A stretch of 64,000 nucleotides of DNA. It comes from Malacoraja senta. Taxonomy: Eukaryota. The stretch spans positions 15,378,001 through 15,442,000 of the forward strand of contig CM075990.1 in assembly GCA_038087875.1 (NCBI GenBank), read 5' to 3'. Made by a program: the position numbers and the translations under genes. This document shows, in pieces, positions 13,779 through 22,940 of this stretch (positions within the stretch are counted from its first letter, which is position 1; every line of letters starts with the position of its first letter). The notes beneath the pieces were generated by a model. That model saw only the letters and a list, made by a program, of their open reading frames with translations. It searched no databases and was not told the DNA's origin.

Positions 13779-13834
13779 CTGTAAGGGCCCAGCCAGCAGG
13801 CAGTCAGGGCCACAGTCCGACCCATCAGAGTTTG
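13779..13834 (-). CDS. Candidate internal coding exon (56 nt, phase 1 to 0)
   Basis: Acceptor cctgtccttcag, donor CAG|gtgagg. Reads xNSDGSDCGPDCLLAGPLQ, phase-compatible with exon 5287-5362. Confidence 0.45.
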
Positions 13835-13902
13835 CTGAAGGACAGGCACAATGATGTTTTTCAAAGTAGGGTGTTCGCGTGTGCAACTTACAACCCAGGG
13901 GT

Positions 13903-14063
13903 GTTCAAGAAGGAACTGCATATGCTGGAGAAGGAAATAGGCAACGTTTCGGGCCGAAACCCTTCTTCAGACTGAACAAAGGTTTCGGCCCGAAACGTTG
14001 CCTATTTCCTTCGCTCCATAGATGCTGCCACACCCGCTGAGTTTCTCCAGCAATTTTGTCTAC
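13903..14063. mobile_element. Palindromic (head-to-head) Penelope pLTR unit with TSD
   Basis: Two inverted hammerhead-bearing arms centred on ttcag-a-ctgaa; flanking direct repeat cttacaacccaggggt at 13887-13902 and 14064-14079. Confidence 0.85.
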
Positions 14064-14066
14064 CTT

Positions 14067-14466
14067 ACAACCCAGGGGTATGAATATTGATATCCCTAGC
14101 TTCAAGTGACCCTTGCTTTCCCTTTCAATCCATCTCTTCCCCCATCCTGGTTCTCTGACCAGTCTGACTGTCCTCCTGATTAAATATTATCTTTGTATGC
14201 TTCGGTGTCACCTTCCCCTAGCTGACAATGATCTATTCTACTCTTTCCTTGAACTGCCTCCCCTTTGATATCCCTTTATCACGCCTTACCCTTCCATGTC
14301 TCTGTGTCTCCCTCTCTCCTGACTCTCGGTCTGAAGAAGGGACTCCGTGTCTCCCTCTCCCCTGACTCTCGGTCTGAAAAAACCCCCCAAAATAAATAAA
14401 GGGTCTTGACCCGAAACGTCACCCATTCCTTCTATCCAGAGTTACTCCAGAATTTTGTGTCCATCT
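14067..14466 (+). mobile_element. Penelope-like 3' remnant
   Basis: End of the endonuclease frame (LQPRGMNID), pyrimidine-rich UTR and pLTR gggtcttgacccgaaacgtcaccc. Confidence 0.7.
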
Positions 14467-14889
14467 AGGGTGTTGGAATACTTGAGCAGCAGGAGGTAGC
14501 CAGGACTGATATTAGAGTAGCTCTGAATATGCAAGGGACCTTTTGCTCAGCAGTGGAGTGCAGGTTTAGATGTGGATGCTTCAGATTCTATGGTCAGTCT
14601 TTAAATTCCCAAGCGGGGGTTATACTATCCCCAGCTGAGCCATACCAATACTGCGATTATTGGTGTCTACAGAACCAGAAATGCAGATTGAAAACCTGAC
14701 CTCGGATGTGTGTCTGTGTGGAGCTGGCACCTCTTTGCTGTGACCGTATGGGTTTCTTTCAGGGACTCCAGTTTCCTCCCACATCTCAAAGGTCCATCCT
14801 CTGTAAATGGCCTCTCCACTTTCCTCCAAGTGTGTAAATAAATCTGGTGGAAGTTGACGAGAATGTGGAGAGAATACAAAATTAGGATA

Positions 14890-15256
14890 ATAATAATAAT
14901 AATGGATGGGATTTATATAGCGCCTTTCTAATACTCAAGGCGCTTTACATCGCATTATTCATTCACTCCTCAGTCACACTCGGTGGTGGTGAGCTACTTC
15001 TGTAGCCACAGCTGCCCTGGGGCAGGCTGACGGAAGCGTGGCTGCTAATCTGCGCCTACGGCCCCTCCGACCACCACCAATCACTCACACACATTCACAC
15101 ACATTCACACCCAGGCAAAGGTGGGTGAAGTGTCTTGCCCAAGGACACAACGACAGTATGCACTCCAAGCGGGATTCGAACCGGCTACCTTCCGGTTGCC
15201 AGCCGAACACTTAGCCCATTGCGCCATCTGTCGTCCTTGGCGCCATCTGTCGTCCT
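14890..15256 (-). mobile_element. tRNA-derived SINE with L2-type tail (resembles teleost AFC/CORE-like SINEs)
   Basis: A box TGGCGCAATGG, B box GGTTCGAATCC, gtgtccttgggcaagacactt core, tail tgtaaagcgccttgag...aaggcgctatataaat + (TTA)n; 19-bp duplication at the head. Confidence 0.8.
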
Positions 15257-15279
15257 TGGATAGGAGTAGATGAGTTTGG

Positions 15280-15571
15280 GGCGGCACGGTGGTGCAGCAT
15301 AGAGCTGCTGTCTTACAGCGCCAGAGACCCAGGTCTGATCCTGACCCCAGGTGCCGTCTGTATGTACTACCTGTGACCGCATGGGGTTTACCCTTGTGAT
15401 TCAGTTCCCCCACACACTCCAAAGACGTATACGTTTATAGGTTAATTGGCTTCAGTAAAGATTGTAAATTTTCACTAGTACAGAGGATAGTGCCAATGTA
15501 CAGCGATCACTGGTCTGCATGGACTCGGTGGGCAGAAGGGCCTATTTCCGCTCTGTATCACCAAACTGAAC
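15280..15571 (+). mobile_element. HE1-type V-SINE
   Basis: tRNA-like head ggcacggtggtgcagc...gatcctgac, V domain cccacacactccaaagac, CR1-like tail gggcagaagggcct. Confidence 0.85.
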
Positions 15572-15580
15572 TAAACTCAA

Positions 15581-17146
15581 CTTCTCCCCAAAATCCACAA
15601 ACCTGACTGTCCCGGTAGACCCATTGTCTCTGCCTGTTCGTGCCCCACCGAACTCATCTCCACCTACCTCGACTCCATACTATCCCCCTTGGTTAAATCC
15701 CTCCCCACCTATGTTCAAGACACCTCAGACACTCTCCGTCATCTCCGCGCATTCCACTCTCTAGGCCCTCACCCCCTCATCTTCACCATGGACGTCCAGT
15801 CACTGTACACCTCCATTCCCCACCAGGATGGTCTCAAAGCCCTCCGTTTTTTCCTCGACCGGAGAAGCAATCTATACCCGGCCACTGACACCCTCCTCCG
15901 CCTAGCGGAGCTGGTACTTACACTTAATAACTTTTCATTCGACTCCTCCCATTTCCTCCAAATACAAGGCGTAGCTATGGGCACACGCATGGGCCCCAGC
16001 TACGCCTGCCTCTTTGTCGGGTACGTAGAACAATCCCTGTTCAATGCGTACCAGGGCCCCATCCCCGACCTCTACCTCCGCTACATCGATGATTGTTTTG
16101 GTGCCACATCCTGCACCCACACACAACTGACTGACTTCATCCGCTTCACCACCAACTTCCATCCGGCACTTAAATACACCTGGACCATTTCCGACACTTC
16201 CCTACCATTCCTTGACCTCACTATCTCCATCGCAGGTGATAGACTCCTTACCGACATCCACTACAAACCTACCGACTCCCATGGCTATCTGGACTACACT
16301 TCTTCCCACCCTGCTTCCTGTAAGGACTCCATCCCCCACTCCCAATTCCTCCGTCTACGCCGCATCTGCTCCCAGGATGAGGCGTTCCACACCAGGGCAT
16401 CTGAAATGTCCTCATTCTTCAGGGAACGGGGGTTCCCCTCCTCCACCATAGATGAGGCTCGCACCAGGGTCTCTGCCATACCCCGCAACACTGCTCTCTC
16501 TCCCCATCCCCCCACTCACAACAAAGGCAGAGTCCCCCTAGTCCTCACCTTTCACCCCACCAGCCGTCACATACAACAAGTGATCCTCCGTCAGTTTCGC
16601 CACCTCCAACGTGACCCCACCACTCGCCACATCTTCCCATCTCCCCCTATGTCTGCCTTCCGCAAAGACCGCTCCCTCCGTAACTCCCTTGTCAATTCTT
16701 CCCTTCCCTCCCATACCACCCCCTCCCCTGGTACTTTCCCTTGCAACCGCAAGAGATGCAACACTTGTCCCTTCACTTCCCCCCTCCACTCCATTCCAGG
16801 ACCCAAGCAGTCGTTCCAGGTGCGACAGAGGTTCACCTGCATCTCCTCCAACCTCATCTACTGCATTCGCTGCTCTAGATGCCAGCTGATCTACATCGGT
16901 GAGACCAAGCGGAGGCTTGGCGATCGTTTCGCCGAACACCTCCGGTCGGTCCGCAATAACCAACCTGAACTCCCGGTGGCTCAGCACTTCAACTCCCCCT
17001 CCCATTCCGTATCTGACCTCTCTGTCCTGGGTCTCCTCCATGGCCACAGCGAGCAACACCGTAAATTGGAGGAAATGCACCTCATATTCCGCTTGGGCAG
17101 TCTACACCCTGGTGGCCTGAACGTTGAATTCTCCCAATTCTGCTAG
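15581..17146 (+). CDS. Penelope RT / GIY-YIG endonuclease ORF (N-terminally truncated)
   Basis: Frame open from LLPKIHKPDCPGRPIVS; MDVQSLYT, GVAMGTRMGPSYA, YLRYIDD, FLDL; Cys linker CNRKRCNTC; LIYCIRCSRCQLIYIGET...RFAEH...HF...GLN. Confidence 0.93.
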   Translation, partial: LLPKIHKPDCPGRPIVSACSCPTELISTYLDSILSPLVKSLPTYVQDTSDTLRHLRAFHSLGPHPLIFTMDVQSLYTSIPHQDGLKALRFFLDRRSNLYPATDTLLRLAELVLTLNNFSFDSSHFLQIQGVAMGTRMGPSYACLFVGYVEQSLFNAYQGPIPDLYLRYIDDCFGATSCTHTQLTDFIRFTTNFHPALKYTWTISDTSLPFLDLTISIAGDRLLTDIHYKPTDSHGYLDYTSSHPASCKDSIPHSQFLRLRRICSQDEAFHTRASEMSSFFRERGFPSSTIDEARTRVSAIPRNTALSPHPPTHNKGRVPLVLTFHPTSRHIQQVILRQFRHLQRDPTTRHIFPSPPMSAFRKDRSLRNSLVNSSLPSHTTPSPGTFPCNRKRCNTCPFTSPLHSIPGPKQSFQVRQRFTCISSNLIYCIRCSRCQLIYIGETKRRLGDRFAEHLRSVRNNQPELPVAQHFNSPSHSVSDLSVLGLLHGHSEQHRKLEEMHLIFRLGSLHPGGLNVEFSQFC

Positions 17147-17262
17147 CCCTGGCTGTCCCCTCCCCTTCATCAGCCATCTGGTTGTCTCCTCCCCTCCCCC
17201 AACCCTCGGGCTCCTCCTCCTCCTTTTCCTTTTTTCCTTTCTTCTCCCCACCCCCTATCAGT

Positions 17263-17291
17263 CTGAAGAAGGGTTTCGGCCCGAAACGTTA
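17263..17291 (+). ncRNA. Minimal type I hammerhead ribozyme motif in the Penelope pLTR
   Basis: CTGAAGA-A-[GGGT TTCG GCCC]-GAAA-CGTT: conserved core, stem II with UUCG loop, palindromic stem III; stem I is very short. Confidence 0.7.
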
Positions 17292-18671
17292 CCTATTTCC
17301 TTCGCTCCATAGATGCTGCTGCACCCGCTGAGTTTCTCCAGCATTTTTGTGTACCTTAAACTCAACTACAAATGGGCAGTCAATAGTTGGTGCCCAACAA
17401 GGGCCTTTTTCCACACTATAACCCTCCATGACTCTTTATAACACTAGAATATGACAGTGATCCCTCATTGAACAATATTGGAGTTACTGATGAGCTTATT
17501 TGCTTTGTCACTGATTGTAAAATATTGGCCATTGTATATTGGTCACAGTTTTATCAAATAAGTGCACCCATTTCTAACACCACACGTTTGCAGTTCTGGG
17601 CTTGCTTATTATGGACCTGTACAGTAACTATAGAAGCACACGACTTCAATACAGAATACCTGACTCTTTGAAAGGAAATCAAAAATCAAAAAATACAGCT
17701 GCCACTCAGTAGGAGGCCATTTGGCCCATTATATCTGTGCTAGTCTCTACCAGAACAGGTCTCTATATATATTCAACCCTGTGAATTCTGTAGGAAGGAA
17801 GCTGGTTCACGCAGAAGACAGACACAACATGCTGGAGTAACTCAGTGGGACAGGCAGCATCTCTGGATGGAAGGAATGGGTGACGTTTTGGGTCTTGCAT
17901 GCTTTCCTCCACCATATATTTATCCACATTCCTTTTGAAGGCTGGAATGCAATCCGTCTCCACCACACGGTGAACAGAACAATTGTTTATCCATCATTTA
18001 TTTTTACAATTAAGTAACTAAGCCGACTTGATTGTCTTTTATGTTAAAATAACAGTTAATGTTATATGCTTTTCAGAAAAATAGCACTGAAGAAGTGAAT
18101 GGCTCTGTAGTATTTTCTGAGATTGCCATGTTATATCAGTTGGCAGTTTCTGCTGGTCCAACTGTTGTAAACTGGGACTATAATTTCTCACCTCTTTATC
18201 CCCCCGTGGGGTAGAGAGGCCTCTTAAATCTATCACTGCATTTGGATGCTCACACTTATGAACAGCTCAGCTATAATTCTGCACAAGCTGTCTCAGACAG
18301 CTGTTATTTTCATCAAAAAGCAACAAAAAAAAACATTTTTGCATGGGCTCCAGCACCAGCGGAATGAAATAAAGAATGGCACTGTGACAAACAATATATA
18401 GACATTTATGTCATTGCTTTCTTTAGGTATAAACAGACCTGTAAAATTGCACTGCAATAGTGCAGGTGCTGGCTGTCCCATCTGGTAAAGTAAAATCTTG
18501 AAAATGATAGCCGGGATGACCAGTCTTCTCAAAGCCTAATAAATACTTGTCATCCTGATGCACAGCGTAGAGTTAGAGGTCACGAGTATTTATTTGTCAC
18601 GTGTACTGGATATGAACCCGAACAAAGAAATCCATACATGCTGCAGCTTTGCAGCCCATGAGGCGCAACGA

Positions 18672-18980
18672 TGGCACAGTGGTGCAGCTGGTAGAGCGGC
18701 AGCCTCGCAGCGCTAGAGACTCGGGTTCGATCCTGACCTCAGGCGCTGTCAGTGTGGAGTTTGCATGTTCTCTCGGAGACCAAATGGGCTTCCTCTGAGT
18801 GCTCCAGTTTCCTCCCACATCCCAAAGAGGTGAAGGTTTGCAGGTTAATTAGCCTCTGTAATAATAAATGTCCCTTATGTATAGGGTATGGATGTGAAAG
18901 TGGGCTAACATAGATCTAGTGTGAATGGGTGATTGATGAACGGTGTGGCCTGTTTCCATGCTGTATCTCTAAACAAAACT
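18672..18980 (+). mobile_element. HE1-type V-SINE
   Basis: B box GGTTCGATCC; V domain ggagtttgcatgttctc...tttcctcccacatcccaaag. Confidence 0.85.
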
Positions 18981-19179
18981 AATGAACCTAAAACATCACC
19001 TATCCATTTTCTCCAGCAATGCTGCCTGACACGTTGAGTTACTCCAGCATTTTGTGTCTATCTTTGGTGTAAACCAGCATCTGTAGTTCTGTCTTACAAA
19101 ATTCATTTTTATTACAGTTAATCTAATCATTCAGTATTTTCTTAACCAATGGTGTTATTATAATTCATTTCATTTTAGC

Positions 19180-19345
19180 TTCGTTCAGAGAACAGGCCCT
19201 TCGTCCCACCGAGTCTGTGCCGACCAGCAATCCCGTTACCCGATCACTATCCTACACATGCTAGGGACAATTTCCAACCTTTACCGAAGCCAATTAACCT
19301 ACAAACCTGTATGCTTTTGGAGTTTGGGAGGAAACCAGAGCATCC
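19180..19345 (-). mobile_element. V-SINE 3' half
   Basis: aacaggcccttcg...gccaattaacctacaaacct...gggaggaaacc. Confidence 0.75.
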
Positions 19346-19717
19346 GAATCCAAGCAACATTCTGATAAAGATAGACACAAAAAGCTGGTGTAACTCTGCG
19401 GGACAGGCAGCATCTCCCCATTCCTTCTCTCCAGAGATGCTGCCTGGGCCACCGTACGCACAGTTGCACATTCAGTTCACCTTCCCCTCGTGGCTAATTG
19501 TCCTTCTGTGAAATCCTGACTGGTCAAGTTTCAGGCCCCTTGATCAACTCTGAGTTTCCTTGTTACTCTGTGGTGGCAGCCCCTTCAGCTAACGTGGGGG
19601 AGGATCATGACTGGTCTCTGGAATTCCATCCCTAAACTACATTCTTTCCTCTTATAAGATTGTCCTTTAAATGTACCTATTAGACCAAGCAGTTAGCCAT
19701 CAGGTGTGACCAGTTTA

Positions 19718-20032
19718 AAGCCCTGTCCCACGGTATGCGTTCATTCCAAGAGCTCTCCCAAGTTTTAAAAAAAATCAAACTCGTGGTAAGCACGGAGAAG
19801 GAACGTAGCGGGTACGTCGGAGCTCGGGGACGTCTCTTAGCGGCTCGTAAAGCTAACGGCAGGTACTCGGGAAGACGCGCTAACGGCAGGTAAGCACGGG
19901 AAGACTCGTGAAGATATTTCAACATGTTTTCCCCGAGTACCGACGAGTGGCCATTACCGTAAATCTCCGAGTCTGAATCAGGGCAAACTCGGGAGAACTC
20001 TTGGAATGAACTCGTACCGTGGGATAGGGCTT
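19718..20032. mobile_element. PIF/Harbinger-type MITE
   Basis: TIR aagccctgtcccacggta / taccgtgggatagggctt with TTA/TAA flanks; body similar to 55696-55971 and 63429-63747. Confidence 0.85.
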
Positions 20033-20449
20033 TAAGTAGTATGATATGTCTCAGTTGGAAATCGATACATTTCCAAATGCAAAAGTCATCCGGAGATATA
20101 GGAATGAGCAGGAATATGCCATTATCAACCATATTGAAGGGTGGAGCAGGATGAAAGGGCTGAATGGCCTATTCCTTCTCATTTTCTATGTTTCTAATAT
20201 TAGCTTATATGGCTAGTTCAAACTTCTAAGTTCTGTTTGATAATGCTGTTTGATAATACTACTTGGAAGTTTGCAACTTTCAAGGGATGATCTAAACTCA
20301 GGTTATTTTTGTTATGGCAAATGCGCAGTCCATTTTCCATGAATTCTATGGATTCTCAGCTCATCATCAGTATCTGTGGGTGGTGCATGGACAAACACAG
20401 TGGGCACAGTGTTCAGGGGGAGGGGGGAGTTTCCGTGAACAGGAAATAA

Positions 20450-20795
20450 GTTCATAAGTGGTATGATCAGAAATTGGCCATTAGGACCATCAAGACTACT
20501 CCACCATACAATCATGGCTGATCTATCTTTCCCCCACTCCCTATAACCCCTGACCACATATTAATCAAGAATCTATCTATCTCTGCCTTAAAAAATATCC
20601 ATTGACTTGGCCTCCACAGCCTTCTGTGGCAATGAATTCCACAGATTCACCACCCTCTGACTAAAGAAATTCCACCTCCTCTCCTTCCTAAAGGAACGTC
20701 CTTTAATTCTGAGACTATGACCTCTGGTCCAAGACTCCCCCACTAGTGGAAACATCCTCTCCACTCTGCTCCATCCAGGCCTTTCACTATTCGGA
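20450..20795 (-). mobile_element. CR1 LINE 3' fragment
   Basis: [20 protein letters not shown]...FFSQRVVNLWNSLPQKAVEA. Confidence 0.9.
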
Positions 20796-21894
20796 TATGT
20801 TCTTTGCTGAAGGATAATGAAGTCACTCCACAACTTTCTATGTGCCGTTTGCTTTCTAAGAAGCACGTGGTTTCGAATGTTAGGTGATGCAAGGGAAACT
20901 TAACTGGTAGCACCTTTCTACATGGCTCTGCCTTAGGCATTAATAGCAGATCGCAGACTGCCAGAAATGGGCTGAGTGACTTTTTTCTCCTGAAATTTTC
21001 ATTCTGAATGCAATAAAATGGCATGCCTTTGTCCCGAGTAGAATGGTAAATCTGAGCAATCTGTTGGTTGCAAAAGTGTGCAATTTCGTACGAAGGCAGA
21101 GTTAAAGGTATTTGTCTCCAGAGAAGCAACACCAGCCTCAAATTATGGAACTAGCGTGAAGTTAATAAGGCCGGCGTCTCTGCATACAGCCGAAGGATCT
21201 TCAATTTGGAGAGCTCATGAAGTGAACAAACACCTATGTTTATCGCCCGTTGTGGAAAATTACTAGCAGTTAGGGGTTTTCATAGGCAGAGTGCTGAACG
21301 CACCCTGAGGCAGCGCTGCCTCACTGATGGAGTTGCATCCAATGTTGCACAGTGCATGTTGCACCATGTTTAACATTAAACTGGCCTGAAGCTCTGTTTC
21401 GCTTTGTCTTGAGTTTAAATGCAAACGCTGAAAAGCTTGCTGGAAACAATGACATTTATTCACATTATCAGTTGCCAAAGGGTCTTGGAAGGGGAAGGGG
21501 GAAGGTGATTTCTGCTGAGGATAGGGGAACCAAGTGGCCCCTAGAGGTGAAGGTTGCTACTAATGAAGCACATGTGATGGTGGCTTCACTGCGACAGGTG
21601 ACCAGTCACAGATTATCTGAGGCTGGCTTTGTTGCAGGTTCAGCACAGTTCAAACTAGGCTCCGCGCGCTGGCAGTCCCACAAGGATTCAACGTTCCCAG
21701 TTAGCAGTAAAATAAAACTTGTGCGGTCTGTGTGGCTGTTTTGCCTCAACAATTATCTTTTGTAAAACGAGATTGTTACATTAATAACTATACATAATTT
21801 AGACATCAGGAGCAAGAGAAAAATATGATGCAACCAGAATGGTGGGTCTGGATTTGGATGTAATCCAGACTGGTTCAGGACAGCTTGAAGGATG

Positions 21895-22090
21895 TGTCGG
21901 AAGGAACTGCAGACGCTGGTTTAAACCAAAGATACACAAAAAGCTGGAGTAACTCAGCAGGAAAGGCAGCATCTCTGGTCGAGACCCTTCTTTGGACTGT
22001 CTGTAGAAGGGTCTCGACACCGAAAATGTCACCCATTCCTTCACTCCAGAGATGCTGCCTGTCCCGCGAAGTTACTCCAGCTTGTTGTGT
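21895..22090. mobile_element. Head-to-head pair of Penelope pLTR-derived units
   Basis: Minus arm (aaggaactgcag...gagacccttc) joined to a plus arm (gaagggtctcgacaccgaaaatgtcaccc...gttactccagc). Confidence 0.75.
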
Positions 22091-22244
22091 AAACAAAATG
22101 ATGTTGCTATGTAGTGATGGTTTTGCATTTTAAATGGTATGGTCACCGAGTAGACAGGCAACGCATAAAACTGAACTAATAATCCAGATACTCGAGTTCA
22201 AATCCCAGCAAGGGAACTGGATTTCAATTCATTTAATAGGTACA

Positions 22245-22530
22245 TAAATTCTAGGAACAGAATTAGGCCATTCGGCCCATCGAGTCTACTCTGCCATTCA
22301 ATCATGGTTGATCTATATTTCCCTCCGAACCCCATTCTCCTGCCTTCTCCCCATAACCCCTGACACCCGCACTAATCATGAGTCTGTCAATCTCCGCCTT
22401 AATAATACCTATTAACCTGACCTCCATCCACCTGTGCGGCAATGAATTCCACAGATTCACCACCCTCTGACAAAATTAATTCCTCCTCATCTCCTTTTTA
22501 AAGGTATGTCGCTTTATTCTGATATTATTC
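22245..22530 (-). mobile_element. CR1 LINE 3' end
   Basis: ggccattcggccc...caatcatgg...gaattccacagattcaccaccc. Confidence 0.85.
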
Positions 22531-22559
22531 CAATAATCCAGCATTAAAAAATAGCCGGT

Positions 22560-22654
22560 AGACAAAAATGCTGGAGAAACTCAGCGGGTGAGGCAGCATC
22601 TATGGAAATAGGCAACGTTTTGGGTCGAAACCCTTCTTCAGACTGATGGATAGC
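22560..22654 (-). mobile_element. Solo Penelope pLTR unit with TSD
   Basis: Flanked by ttaaaaaatagc(c/t)ggt at 22544-22559 and 22655-22670. Confidence 0.8.
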
Positions 22655-22940
22655 TTAAAAAATAGCTGGTCAAGGTGACCACAAAGTTACTATATCACTG
22701 TAAAAACCTATTAGATTCATTAATATCCATCTGGGGAGGAAGCTGTCCTGACCCAGTCTGGATTATGTCCAACTCCATTTGATGTTATTTGGTTTCTATT
22801 CCCACTGATGTTGCCTGACCTACTGAGAACACCTTCTGTTTTTGTTTCTGCTACAATTAAATGTTCCTCTTGTATCATGGCCTTTGTTGTATTGCTTGTA
22901 TTATGACCAATGCAGCACTGCAGACTATGCTTTCCTTAAA

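Larger units (their letters stand above)
15581..17357 (+). mobile_element. Penelope-like element (Neptune-type), 5'-truncated, recent insertion
   Basis: RT + GIY-YIG ORF, 3' pLTR, and direct repeat taaactcaact at 15572-15582 and 17357-17367. Confidence 0.95.

Noticed and set aside
15165..15236. tRNA gene (A/B boxes); likewise the V-SINE heads
   Set aside because: Continues into a SINE body and LINE-derived tail; no complete cloverleaf or terminator.
21306..21323. Perfect 18-bp palindrome TGAGGCAGCGCTGCCTCA
   Set aside because: Isolated, resembles V-SINE head sequence, and has no supporting structure.
21535..21552. CTCF-like motif (also about 35082-35095)
   Set aside because: Partial matches are expected by chance in 64 kb.
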